A DNA stretch of 64,000 nucleotides from a virus: the IMG/VR virus record IMGVR_UViG_3300024978_000002, one strand, 5' to 3'. Every line of letters starts with the position of its first letter. Within the stretch, counting starts at the first letter, position 1. The notes beneath the pieces were generated by a model, which saw only the letters and a list, made by a program, of their open reading frames with translations, had not been told where the DNA came from and made no database searches. Made by a program: the position numbers and the translations under genes. This document shows positions 37,116-46,833 of the stretch, in pieces.

Positions 37116-38313
37116 AGCTGTCCTCGAGGCCTCCGGTGCCAGCATAGATGAAGACGGCTTGGTGTCGATGACGCGACCGGGGGAAGACCCGATTCCGTTC
37201 ATGGTCTCCGAGAAGCGTCTTGCACTGCCGACTCCCAAACTGCTGAACGCCGGTGCTTTCAACCCGGAAGGTAATCTGATTGCCTTCCATCCGATCTGTG
37301 AGAACGTGGTGCTGGATACCAGCCCGGTACTCCAGAAGCTTGAAACGGCCATGACTTTCCGCCTGACCTGGGTCATGCGTGAGTTGATCATGCAGCTGGT
37401 GACGGTGGCAGCCAACCCGAAGCTCCACAAGAAGATGAAGGTGCGGGAACACGGTTTGCTATCGGCGATGCCGGATGCGGACGAAAAGACGCGCGACCTC
37501 TTACTGAAGGTGATGGAAAACACCACCACCGTAGGTCAGAAGAAACTCCTGACGCTCTACGTCCGTAAGGGCGGGACGTTCGGTGGGGAGAAGGTCAGTC
37601 GGCTGGCCCGATTCTTCCCCTCGATCGTGGACGCGTTGGATCAGGAGAAACGCACACTGTTGGGCACTCAGCTTCGCAAGGCGGATATCCCGCAGTTCCT
37701 GGCACTGATCGAGTATCTGCTTCCGGAGTACCGGGACAGCGATCGGTACGCCAGCCCGTCCAATGCCAGTGTTGCGCCGACTTTCCATGCTCTGGTCAAG
37801 ACCTATGCCAAGGTGGCCAACCAGTTCAACAAGATCATTGACACACACGCCAATCAACTCCAAGACGCCGATCAGCTCAAGATTGACACGAGTTGGGTGG
37901 ATGACGTGCAGGATCTGTCGGCTTACCGGGAGCAAATTCCGGTACTCCCGGGGAACGATGGTGCTGAAGGGACGCGGACTGCCAAGGTAGCCAAACCGAC
38001 GGTAGCTGCTCCAACGACCGCGTCATCCTCTGCCGCACCTTCCTGGCAGAAACCGCAACCGCAAGCTACCACTGCTTCGAGCAAATCGACTGGTAAAATG
38101 TCGGTGGATGATCTGATCAAGGGACTGACGCCCCCACGAGGTCAGTACGGTGGGTTCCAAGCCAATCGAGCCGCACCGAGTTGGGGTGGCCAGCAGGTAC
38201 AGAACAATACTGCTGACCTTCCGCCCTGGGCGCGTCCCGTCCAGGCTTCCTGGAATACTCCCGCCCCGGGTTCATTCCAGCGTGGAGGTACGGGAAGCGG
38301 CGGTTCGTTGTAA
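37093..38313 (+). CDS. Conserved core protein (phiKZ gp70-like) with low-complexity C-tail
   Basis: FHPICEN motif; Ala/Pro/Gln/Gly tail with spaced Trp residues. Confidence 0.7.
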   Translation: MKILDLYKAVLEASGASIDEDGLVSMTRPGEDPIPFMVSEKRLALPTPKLLNAGAFNPEGNLIAFHPICENVVLDTSPVLQKLETAMTFRLTWVMRELIMQLVTVAANPKLHKKMKVREHGLLSAMPDADEKTRDLLLKVMENTTTVGQKKLLTLYVRKGGTFGGEKVSRLARFFPSIVDALDQEKRTLLGTQLRKADIPQFLALIEYLLPEYRDSDRYASPSNASVAPTFHALVKTYAKVANQFNKIIDTHANQLQDADQLKIDTSWVDDVQDLSAYREQIPVLPGNDGAEGTRTAKVAKPTVAAPTTASSSAAPSWQKPQPQATTASSKSTGKMSVDDLIKGLTPPRGQYGGFQANRAAPSWGGQQVQNNTADLPPWARPVQASWNTPAPGSFQRGGTGSGGSL

Positions 38314-38319
38314 ATCAAG

Positions 38320-38356
38320 CGGCATAAAAAGAGGGGAGCCCTAGGGCTCCCCTCGA
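38320..38356. terminator. Bidirectional terminator-like hairpin
   Basis: 11-bp stem GAGGGGAGCCC / GGGCTCCCCTC between convergent genes, with CGGCATA on the left. Confidence 0.75.
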
Positions 38357-38358
38357 TC

Positions 38359-38706
38359 TCAGGTGATCTTTCTTTGGGTGGACTGAGCCATCGCCGCAAG
38401 TTGATTCAAAACGTCTCTGGAAGGGATCATCATCACGGTGGTTTCCCCTTGGAAGTCTACGGGACTGTAGAGTCCGTTCACTCGCATCACGGTCCAGTGC
38501 AAGTAAGAGGGAATACCAATCTCTTGCAGTGCACCGTAGAGATCACCTTCGTACTTATAAGCAATGTGGGGTTCAATCACCACGACTTCCGATTCCGTCC
38601 GAGCCCGCAGCCAGATCAAATGTGTTTCCACGACCTGCCGCCACGTCAGGGTGTAGTAGATATCTGCGCCCCGAGAGCGCATCTGGGAAAGCACCGACAT
38701 GCTCAT
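38359..38706 (-). CDS. Small conserved protein (LysM/baseplate-like)
   Basis: 115 aa; YKYEGDLYG..L and MRVNGL segments. Confidence 0.55.
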   Translation of the reverse strand: MSMSVLSQMRSRGADIYYTLTWRQVVETHLIWLRARTESEVVVIEPHIAYKYEGDLYGALQEIGIPSYLHWTVMRVNGLYSPVDFQGETTVMMIPSRDVLNQLAAMAQSTQRKIT

Positions 38707-38729
38707 GAAGAGTGAATCCTCGAATTAGT

Positions 38730-38755
38730 TTCATTTCTATACTATCACTGTAGTG
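38730..38755 (+). promoter_or_regulatory. Putative phage promoter for nvRNAP genes
   Basis: TTTCATTTCTATACTATCACTGTAGTG, similar to the 6973, 59774 and 60368 motifs. Confidence 0.45.
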
Positions 38756-38819
38756 GGATCTGACTCAAAGAATTTTGTTCCGTGTGGTACCGCTTATTTA
38801 CAAGGGGTGTAAAATCGAC

Positions 38820-41285
38820 ATGTCCACCTACCCACCCAACGAACACCGTCCTGAACTCTTGGGCGGTGCTGCTATAAGCCCTTTCAACGCGCATGACTCC
38901 TCCTCCCGAAGTCAGATGCTTTCTGCACACGCCAGTCAGTGTCTACCGATCAAAGATTGTCAACCTCGCCGTATCCTCACCGGTATTGAACGCGAGTTCG
39001 GGCGGGCGACTTTCGAAGTAGCGTTTCCCGTAGACGCCGAAGTCGTTAAGGTCCTACACAAATACCCACCCACGATCGGTGCCGGCGGCATCAAGAAGAA
39101 TCCTACCACTACGGTGGTGTACATGGACGCCCGCACCAAGGTGTTCGACGTCCTGGAGTTCGATCATTACCACTGCATGCATCAGCATTTCGGATTTGAT
39201 TTCGTTTTGACCAAAGACTTCAAACGTCTGGTACCTGGCGCCCGTATCGAAGCAGGTACGGTGATCGGTCGCAGCCCTACGTTGGATGACCAAGGGAATT
39301 ATCGACTGGGCCTGAATGCCAAAGTTGTCATGATGTCGATTCCTGGCATCATTGAAGACGGTGTTGTGGTCTCCGAGTCCTACTGCAAGCGCAATACCAC
39401 GACGTGTATCGAATCGCGTGATGCCAGTTGGGGTAAGAGTTGGTTTCCACTCAACCTCTACGGAGACGATCAGCATTACCGACCTTTCCCGGATATCGGT
39501 GACCGTATACGCGACGACGGTCTGATCTTCGCGCTACGTCGTATCCCCATGGACGACGACATCATTATCGCACCCTTCGAAATGTCACCGGCCGCTTGCC
39601 GGGAGGTCGACTATTTCTTTGACCGTACGGAATACGGACACCCCGGGGCTACGGTGATTGACATTACCGTACGCCATGAAGACAAACCCATGACAGCTAC
39701 TCCAGAAGGCATGGAAGAACAAGCAGCCAAGTACTACAAGGCCGAATGTCTCTACCAGCAAGGGTTGCTAGATTGTTACAAGCAATTGTGGGACAAACAC
39801 AAGGAACATTTGGTCATCGCACCGAAGTTCCAGGCCATGCTCCGGGAAGCTCGGATGTATTTGCCGTGTCAAACCCGCTCCAAATCTACCCAGATGTACC
39901 AGCTCCAACCGCTGGACGATTGGCGTATTGATCTAACCTATCGGTACGATTTCGTCCCAGATATCGGTAGTAAGATCACTGGACTTCATGGGGACAAAGG
40001 AATCATTTGTTCGGTCTGGAAAGACTCAGCGATGCCCGTGGACGCCTGGGGTAATCGGGCAGAGGTCATCGTAGCAGCACTGTCGACGGTGGACCGCATG
40101 AACATTGGCCGTCCTATCGAACACGAAGTCAATGGGTGTATGGAGACACTGACAGATGCTCTAAGGGCTGCTTTCGACCAACCGGTCGAACCGTTGGACC
40201 AAGACATCGAAGAAGCGGTCAGTAAGATCCACGCGGAGATGGCGCGTCGTGGTGGCGCTAAACCAGCAGGTCAGGTAGCAACCGAAGCGGTGATCGAACG
40301 TGTGGGTGGAGATCCTCAAAAAGGATTTGAAGAATTGTTGCATTTTTACGAACTGGCTTCCCCACGGATGCGTGAACTCTTCGATGATCCTGCGTATACC
40401 ACAACAGCGGAGGGGCATCTTAAAGACGTTCTGAACGACGGGATGTATTTGTGGTCCCCTACGGATAACCCCAAACCTTGGGTTCATCTGGAATGGGACG
40501 ACGAACACTTTGATCGTGAAGCGTACGAAAAAGCCGTCCAGAAAGCTTTGAAAGCTGGTAATGGCACCGCTTTGCCACACCGTGCTCAATTTGGTAGTCG
40601 GTTTGTGCGTAGTACGGGTGTCGTGGGTGATCTGACGAGGGAGTATCCGGCACGTCGTGGGCCAGTGTGGTATCGGGGTGTGGACGGCCGAGAGTTTATC
40701 ACGGTCGACGACATCATGATTGCCTCCACGTACATGGTGCTTCTGGAGAAAACCGGTAGTGATTGGTCGGGCGTCGCCTCAGCACGCCGTCAACACCATG
40801 GACTACCCGCTAAGCTATCCAAGTGGGATAAGAATTCCCTTCCGTCTCGAGCGAATCCCATCCGTGCTTTGGGTGAAGCCGAAGGGCGATTGGCTACTAC
40901 TACGGTGGGTAGTGAACCGGTGGCGGAGATGCTAGAGATGACGAACTCACCCGCGGTCCACAAGAACGTGTGTGAGAACATCTTGCTGGCAGAACAGCCG
41001 TCCAATATCGAAGACGTCATCGACCGGTCTAAGGTACCTTTGGGGTCTAGTCGGTCACAGGTGTATATGGCCCATGCCATGGAGTGTGCAGGATTGGAGT
41101 TCTTCTACGTCGATCACTCCGATCAAGAAGAGATCTATCCAGCCGACCCCATCGGCGTTCGAAGTGATTTGGGTCTAGAGCCGGTTGAAGACGACGACGA
41201 CGACGAAATCGTGGAAGGAGAGGAGGACGGTGAAGACGATGCCTCCGAAGGGGAAGACAATGAAGAATCAGCGAGCGAGGACTGA
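38820..41285 (+). CDS. Non-virion RNAP beta-like subunit (phiKZ gp71-73-like, uninterrupted here)
   Basis: SSRSQM, IIEDG, GSKITGLHGDKGII, RMNIGR, LEKTG and LGEAE motifs; acidic C-tail. Confidence 0.9.
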   Translation: MSTYPPNEHRPELLGGAAISPFNAHDSSSRSQMLSAHASQCLPIKDCQPRRILTGIEREFGRATFEVAFPVDAEVVKVLHKYPPTIGAGGIKKNPTTTVVYMDARTKVFDVLEFDHYHCMHQHFGFDFVLTKDFKRLVPGARIEAGTVIGRSPTLDDQGNYRLGLNAKVVMMSIPGIIEDGVVVSESYCKRNTTTCIESRDASWGKSWFPLNLYGDDQHYRPFPDIGDRIRDDGLIFALRRIPMDDDIIIAPFEMSPAACREVDYFFDRTEYGHPGATVIDITVRHEDKPMTATPEGMEEQAAKYYKAECLYQQGLLDCYKQLWDKHKEHLVIAPKFQAMLREARMYLPCQTRSKSTQMYQLQPLDDWRIDLTYRYDFVPDIGSKITGLHGDKGIICSVWKDSAMPVDAWGNRAEVIVAALSTVDRMNIGRPIEHEVNGCMETLTDALRAAFDQPVEPLDQDIEEAVSKIHAEMARRGGAKPAGQVATEAVIERVGGDPQKGFEELLHFYELASPRMRELFDDPAYTTTAEGHLKDVLNDGMYLWSPTDNPKPWVHLEWDDEHFDREAYEKAVQKALKAGNGTALPHRAQFGSRFVRSTGVVGDLTREYPARRGPVWYRGVDGREFITVDDIMIASTYMVLLEKTGSDWSGVASARRQHHGLPAKLSKWDKNSLPSRANPIRALGEAEGRLATTTVGSEPVAEMLEMTNSPAVHKNVCENILLAEQPSNIEDVIDRSKVPLGSSRSQVYMAHAMECAGLEFFYVDHSDQEEIYPADPIGVRSDLGLEPVEDDDDDEIVEGEEDGEDDASEGEDNEESASED

Positions 41286-41291
41286 GACACC

Positions 41292-43238
41292 ATGCAGAAA
41301 ATTTCAGCATCTGAGTTAGCTGGAATGGATCGGGAGCGCCTTTGGGCGCTCCCCGACCAGCCGTTGACGATTGTCTTTCAGGACGGAGAACTCGTCGCGG
41401 ATCAACGACAAGCCATCCTCACGGCCTACATGTGCGGACTCCACCGACGACTACCGAAAATCCCCTTGCTGAAGAAACATTTCGTAGGGACTCGAAGGAT
41501 GACGTCGGATCTCCATTTGAAGATGATCAATCAAGTCCGTTGGGATGCTTTTGACGCCTACGGCACTGCCTTGGACAACGAGCAACTTTCCAAGATCTGT
41601 TTGGAGCTCGTCAACGAGTATTACAACGACTTCACTGAACGTCTTGGGGCGTACGCCACCACCATGAGTATTCTGGACATCCTGGAAGTCATGGCGCATC
41701 CTGAGATCCACGAAGTCAACGACAAGGCTGGGGTGGCAGATAAGTCCATCGTTCAGGCACACCGCACCATCGAACGGGTCTTGTATGATCCTGTTGCACT
41801 ACCCAGGAACATTCTGGCAACGTCGGTACGTAGTGGCACGGTGAAAGTCGGGCAGGTGTTGCAATGTGTGGGACCGCGTGGTTCGGTCACAGATATTGAT
41901 TCCAATATCTTCAGCTACCCAGCGGACTCAGGTTTTGCCGGTGGTCTGTACCGATTCTACGAGAGTCTGATCGAATCCCGTACGGCTGCAAAGTCTCTGA
42001 CGTTTACCGAGAAACCGTTGCAGGAAACCGAGTATTTTAACCGCCGGCTGCAGTTGCTGGCGGCGACGATTCGAGACATCTACGACGGGGACTGTGGATC
42101 GAAGGAATATCTGTCTTGGCAAGTGGCTGCTGGTGACCTGGCGATGCTTGCCGGTCAACGGTATCTGAAACCCAACGGAACTCTCGGGACTGTATGGGAC
42201 AATGACGAATGTCGCCATGAGCTCGTGGGGAAGACGGTGAAACTGCGTAATGTTCTACATTGCCGTACACCCGATGCCGGCTTTGTGTGTTCGACGTGTT
42301 ACGGTGAACTGGAGCGGTCGATACCCTACCATACCAACATCGGTCACGTGGCCGCCACGGCGTTGTGTAAGCCGGTATCACAACGGGTATTGTCCGTTAA
42401 GCACTTGGATCATTCTGCGTCTTCTCAAGGATTGCGTCTGTCAGAATTCGAACAACGTTACGTCCGACTAGGTAGTGATCCTAACCAGATCTTCCTGGCC
42501 CAGCGTTTGGAAGGTCGGGAAGTCAAGCTGTACCTACGACCTGAAGAAGTCGAGCGGCTATCTGAAGTCAAATCGACAGACTCGGTCGAAGTCTTACTCC
42601 CCACCCACATCAGCTCACTGCATCAAGTGGGTTTCCGATTGTTTAAAGGTGGTAAATCGACACTCGAAGGCGATCTCGTCCAGGTCTCTAACGGTAGTCG
42701 AACCAGTTCGTTATCCAAAGAGATGCTCGTCTATCTAAGGGAGCGCGGCTGGTCGCTGACCTCCAACGGTGAGATCGAAATCAATCTTGAGCACTGGGAC
42801 GTTGATCTGCCGTTGTTCACCACCCCACGGCGCCAGGAGAACATGCTCGACTACATGAAGAGCATCGAGTCATTCCTGAAAGCTATTCGTAAGGGAGGAC
42901 CCACGAAGTCTCTCAAGGACTATCCTACCGTGGACTCGGCCCTACGGGGGTTCTCTGAACTCGTCGGATCACAACTCTTCGTCAATATCGTTCACCAATC
43001 TATCCTGGTGAAGTCCTGCCAGATCCGCTCGTCCTGGCATCGTGACCATCGTGTACCACTTCAGGGGAATGCGTTGGAGTTCGGGAAATTCAACTCGAAC
43101 ATCTTTAATCGCTCCCAAGGTGCGGCAATGGCCTTCCAGAACCACAAGCAGCAATGGAACTCTCCGGAAACGTATCTGGTCAAATACCGACCCGTCCATC
43201 CGCTGGATGCCATCCTGCTGCCCAAACCTTCCTTGTGA
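41292..43238 (+). CDS. Non-virion RNAP beta'-like C-terminal subunit (phiKZ gp74-like)
   Basis: TEYFNRRL, DCGS, Zn-binding C..CSTCYG, NIGH..AT...Q..LSVKH. Confidence 0.88.
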   Translation: MQKISASELAGMDRERLWALPDQPLTIVFQDGELVADQRQAILTAYMCGLHRRLPKIPLLKKHFVGTRRMTSDLHLKMINQVRWDAFDAYGTALDNEQLSKICLELVNEYYNDFTERLGAYATTMSILDILEVMAHPEIHEVNDKAGVADKSIVQAHRTIERVLYDPVALPRNILATSVRSGTVKVGQVLQCVGPRGSVTDIDSNIFSYPADSGFAGGLYRFYESLIESRTAAKSLTFTEKPLQETEYFNRRLQLLAATIRDIYDGDCGSKEYLSWQVAAGDLAMLAGQRYLKPNGTLGTVWDNDECRHELVGKTVKLRNVLHCRTPDAGFVCSTCYGELERSIPYHTNIGHVAATALCKPVSQRVLSVKHLDHSASSQGLRLSEFEQRYVRLGSDPNQIFLAQRLEGREVKLYLRPEEVERLSEVKSTDSVEVLLPTHISSLHQVGFRLFKGGKSTLEGDLVQVSNGSRTSSLSKEMLVYLRERGWSLTSNGEIEINLEHWDVDLPLFTTPRRQENMLDYMKSIESFLKAIRKGGPTKSLKDYPTVDSALRGFSELVGSQLFVNIVHQSILVKSCQIRSSWHRDHRVPLQGNALEFGKFNSNIFNRSQGAAMAFQNHKQQWNSPETYLVKYRPVHPLDAILLPKPSL

Positions 43239-43249
43239 GTTAACCGTCC

Positions 43250-43447
43250 ATGGAAAACAATCCTTCGGTACTTGAGACATTGTCTCAGAAAAGTGGCATT
43301 ACGCTGGAGCGTCTCAATGAATTGCGTCAGAACCCTCAACCGCCTGGTGTCGGAATGACGTTCGAGGAGACTGAGAAACTCTCAGCCGCCATGATGGACT
43401 TGAGTGAGAAGGACTTCTCACTACTGGAATCGTTCGTAGTTTCGTAA
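43250..43447 (+). CDS. Small hypothetical protein
   Basis: 65 aa, followed by a hairpin. Confidence 0.45.
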   Translation: MENNPSVLETLSQKSGITLERLNELRQNPQPPGVGMTFEETEKLSAAMMDLSEKDFSLLESFVVS

Positions 43448-43456
43448 GTTGTCGAA

Positions 43457-43490
43457 AGGAGGGGTCGTCTGGTGACAGACGACCCCTCCT
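43457..43490 (+). terminator. Terminator hairpin
   Basis: 15-bp stem AGGAGGGGTCGTCTG / CAGACGACCCCTCCT. Confidence 0.7.
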
Positions 43491-43530
43491 CGTACCGTTT
43501 CTCTTTACCCTCCGTATGTCAGGATAACCC

Positions 43531-45126
43531 ATGTCTGTCACGACCCCCGTTGATGAAGCGTCACGACCGTCACCGAAGGTCGTTAAAACACCCCCTCGAG
43601 CGCGTATTGAAATTTGGAGTCATGGCTGCAAAATCAGTCGGTTCGACGCCGAGATCCGTACGATCTTTATCGACCTCTGCCGTACGGCATGGGGCGAATA
43701 TGGGACGATGCGTGTAGGTCGATTCCGCGTAGAGCAACGTATCAAGCGCGTCTACGTTGGTACCGTCAAAGACCGTTCCGTTTTTCATTTCCACCGCAAT
43801 CAACTCGATTTTGTGTTAGCACGGTTAGCCAAAGCCAATATCACGGAAGAGAAACTCGAAATCATTCGACACGGTCTTTACCAACCTAAAGCGGTGAAGC
43901 ACCCCGCTAAGGATCCCCGTACACCACGGCCTAAACAATTGCCGTTGATCGAGTATCTGGTTAAAGTACCCGACCCGGCCTATGCCCCATCGAAAGTCGT
44001 GACGGCTCAGACAGGTTTCGGTAAGGGCTTGGTGTCGCTCACAGCTATCCGTGAGATTGGTCATCGAACTGTACTGGTGCTCAAAGGCATGTACGTGGAG
44101 AAGTGGATCACAGAGATCGAAGAGTCCTTTGGTAAAGACAAGGGTTCGCTGATGGTGATTCGTGGGATGCCGCAATTGCGCACGGCGATCGCTATGGCTC
44201 AGTCGGGGAAGTTCAAACCCCGGATGATCATTATCTCCCAGAAGACGATGTTCATGTACTTGAAGTACTACGAACAACACGGGACGGACGATCTGATCCC
44301 TGTAGCACCCATGGACTTCTATAAGACCCTCGGTGTGGGCATTCGCGTGATTGATGAAGTCCATCAAGAATTCCACTGTAATTTTCGTCAAGACGTGTAC
44401 TCCAATGTCCCGTTGACGATTTCGATGTCTGCGACTCTTGATTCTGACCAACCATTTCTGAATACCATGTACCACATCGTCTGGCCCCACGGTACGTGGG
44501 CGCCGGAAGTAGAGTACGATCGGTTCATTGCCGCTAAAGCACTCTGGTATCGTTTTGGTAGTTTGGACGGTATTAAGTGGACAGGTTTTGGTGGTCAATA
44601 CAACCACACGGAGTTTGAGAAGTCTATCCTGCGGAAGCCTCGTGTTCTTGAGAGCTACGCGGATATGATTGTGGATATCATGGAGAAGTCGTTTATCGAA
44701 GTCATGGAGAAAGGTCAGAAAATGATTATCTTCGTGGCTACGGTACAGATGGCGACTTACATAGCCGACCTGATCTCGTCATTACATCCGGAACTACTGG
44801 TCAATCGCTACGTGGCGGAAGACGAATACGACGACCTTCTGGCAGCTGACGTTTCAGTGTCGACTATTCTCTCTGCTGGTACGGCAGTGGATATCCCTAA
44901 CCTTCGGGTTACTCTTATGACAACGGCTCTGAGTAGTAAGCAGTCGAACATTCAAGTGTTAGGCCGTACGCGGCGCCTGAAAGATTGGCCTGACGTGACG
45001 CCAGAGTTCTTGTTTCTTGCGTCTAAGGACGTGGACAAACATCGCCTGTACGCAAAAGAAAAGCGTGATAAACTGAGCGGGAAAGTCCTTTCGTTCCAAG
45101 ACCTCCAAACCAGTTACGTGATTTAG
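43531..45126 (+). CDS. SF2 (DEAD/DEAH-like) helicase (phiKZ gp75-like)
   Basis: Walker A AQTGFGKG, Walker B IDEVH, motif III SAT, GTAVDIP, motif VI QVLGRTR. Confidence 0.9.
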   Translation: MSVTTPVDEASRPSPKVVKTPPRARIEIWSHGCKISRFDAEIRTIFIDLCRTAWGEYGTMRVGRFRVEQRIKRVYVGTVKDRSVFHFHRNQLDFVLARLAKANITEEKLEIIRHGLYQPKAVKHPAKDPRTPRPKQLPLIEYLVKVPDPAYAPSKVVTAQTGFGKGLVSLTAIREIGHRTVLVLKGMYVEKWITEIEESFGKDKGSLMVIRGMPQLRTAIAMAQSGKFKPRMIIISQKTMFMYLKYYEQHGTDDLIPVAPMDFYKTLGVGIRVIDEVHQEFHCNFRQDVYSNVPLTISMSATLDSDQPFLNTMYHIVWPHGTWAPEVEYDRFIAAKALWYRFGSLDGIKWTGFGGQYNHTEFEKSILRKPRVLESYADMIVDIMEKSFIEVMEKGQKMIIFVATVQMATYIADLISSLHPELLVNRYVAEDEYDDLLAADVSVSTILSAGTAVDIPNLRVTLMTTALSSKQSNIQVLGRTRRLKDWPDVTPEFLFLASKDVDKHRLYAKEKRDKLSGKVLSFQDLQTSYVI

Positions 45127-45134
45127 GAGTAGAG

Positions 45135-45764
45135 GTGATGACTGAAGAGACGTCGAATTACCAGTTTCTTTCGTATGACGACGCGGATTGGCAAAAAATC
45201 ATCCAGGCGGCACCGAGTCTTGCTCGCGTCCCTTCCGAGGTCATGGATTATCTGATACTTGATCCTGACGTCGACGTCAACGAAGCCCAGACCCGTATAC
45301 ACTCCCGCCTCCGCGCGGGATTGTGTTTGACCCAACGCCTTTTAGGTGGACAACTAGAGAAGCTTTATGCTCGCTATGGGGTCAGTGTGGGTAAGGCTAT
45401 TGAGTTATTCACCGCCGATATCGAAGACAAACTGAACGAACAATCGACCGAAGGACAACACGGTTGCCGTAACGCCCTCTTCGGAAACTACGAAATCACG
45501 GGTCGTTTTTTGGCGTATCTAGCGCTTTATAGCTGCTCGGAGTTTAAAGGACATCACGACTTTGACCATTTTTGTCCGGAAGACCGTTCGGGTTTGGACT
45601 GTGAGATGTCCTACTTTGCTGTGCAAAGTGTCTTAAAGCAGATGTTTGACCTGCTCAACTATGAAGAAAGCGATTATCAGGCGATCGCGCAATGGGCGGG
45701 ACTGGCCGTACGTAGTATGCTCCTGTTACTCACGGACTTAGATGGCCACCCTATCCGACACTGA
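45135..45764 (+). CDS. Hypothetical protein
   Basis: 209 aa, GAGG RBS. Confidence 0.6.
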   Translation: MMTEETSNYQFLSYDDADWQKIIQAAPSLARVPSEVMDYLILDPDVDVNEAQTRIHSRLRAGLCLTQRLLGGQLEKLYARYGVSVGKAIELFTADIEDKLNEQSTEGQHGCRNALFGNYEITGRFLAYLALYSCSEFKGHHDFDHFCPEDRSGLDCEMSYFAVQSVLKQMFDLLNYEESDYQAIAQWAGLAVRSMLLLLTDLDGHPIRH

Positions 45765-45780
45765 CAAAAAGGAACCCGCT

Positions 45781-46323
45781 ATGGACGCCTATACAGCCTC
45801 TGAGAGCATTTCCTTGCGTGAAGCCATCGACGGTAGCGCCAGTTTGCGGGAATCGCTCAGAGGGCGCCTACCGGAGTTGGAGGCGCTCTTGGAACACACT
45901 TTGTCCTCTAAGTGGTTTCTGGACGCCTACCGGAAAGCCGTTCCCACCGGACAAAACGATCTTGAACGCGATGTGTTATCGGTGTTTGGGCTAGAAGCCT
46001 GTCAGCTACTGGACAAACAAGAGTCTGCGGTACTGACGGTGAGGGGACTGAACAGCTACCGGACCGTGGCGTTGATCCAAACCGCCCGTCACCTACGCAC
46101 AGGTCACACCTTACCGTGGGTTCTGGAAACCTCCGACTTAGTCAAACAAGCCCGACTGTTGTTTTTCTGTCATTTCCTGCGTTTGCTCGGATCGGACCTA
46201 ATGGATCCCGAAACTCATCTAAAAAACCTGATGATAGAGATGGGTTTCGACGAAAACAACACGACCCAAACGGTTCAAATAGCGCTTTGTAATATCACCG
46301 CGTCGCCTCCTACTCTCCACTGA
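45781..46323 (+). CDS. Hypothetical protein
   Basis: ATG 45781 with AAGGA RBS in ORF 45742-46323. Confidence 0.6.
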   Translation: MDAYTASESISLREAIDGSASLRESLRGRLPELEALLEHTLSSKWFLDAYRKAVPTGQNDLERDVLSVFGLEACQLLDKQESAVLTVRGLNSYRTVALIQTARHLRTGHTLPWVLETSDLVKQARLLFFCHFLRLLGSDLMDPETHLKNLMIEMGFDENNTTQTVQIALCNITASPPTLH

Positions 46324-46379
46324 CCCTCTCCCACCTTCTCCGTGAGGTGGGAGTTGTGCCCTCAACCGAAGGATACAGG

Positions 46380-46769
46380 ATGGCTAAGAAATATCAAAGC
46401 ACGATGGTCCGGACCCACCATTTAGCGTTACGTCACGGTATCCGATTCTTTCTCAAGAGTCCTTATCGAAAACAACCGTGGGACGGGTTAATGGTACGGC
46501 TGCGTCTATACACGCCCTACAAGGCCGTGATAGGGTGGTATCGACACGAAGGTAGGGTAAGTACCAAGGAAACGCTCCTAGGGGTTTCTAGAGTGCCCCA
46601 GACGCTGTTTGATGGTTGGTACGTCGTGGTGCAAGACCCACGTTGGTATGGGTGGCTCCATTCCTACCGCATCCGCGGTAGGTATTATCTACGACCAGCC
46701 ACGCCAGATGAAAGCGTTTTCAACCGTCTCGAACCCTTGTTCCATTTGTCATACCTATCCAATACTTGA
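46380..46769 (+). CDS. Hypothetical basic protein
   Basis: ATG 46380 in ORF 46347-46769, ends before a bidirectional terminator. Confidence 0.45.
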   Translation: MAKKYQSTMVRTHHLALRHGIRFFLKSPYRKQPWDGLMVRLRLYTPYKAVIGWYRHEGRVSTKETLLGVSRVPQTLFDGWYVVVQDPRWYGWLHSYRIRGRYYLRPATPDESVFNRLEPLFHLSYLSNT

Positions 46770-46776
46770 CACAAAG

Positions 46777-46821
46777 CATACACCCCTCCCTTACGCGACG
46801 GTAAGGGAGGGGTGTATGCTG
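46777..46821. terminator. Bidirectional terminator-like hairpin with CATAC/GTATG arms
   Basis: Perfect 18-bp stem CATACACCCCTCCCTTAC / GTAAGGGAGGGGTGTATG. Confidence 0.8.
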
Positions 46822-46833
46822 TACTACTTTCTT

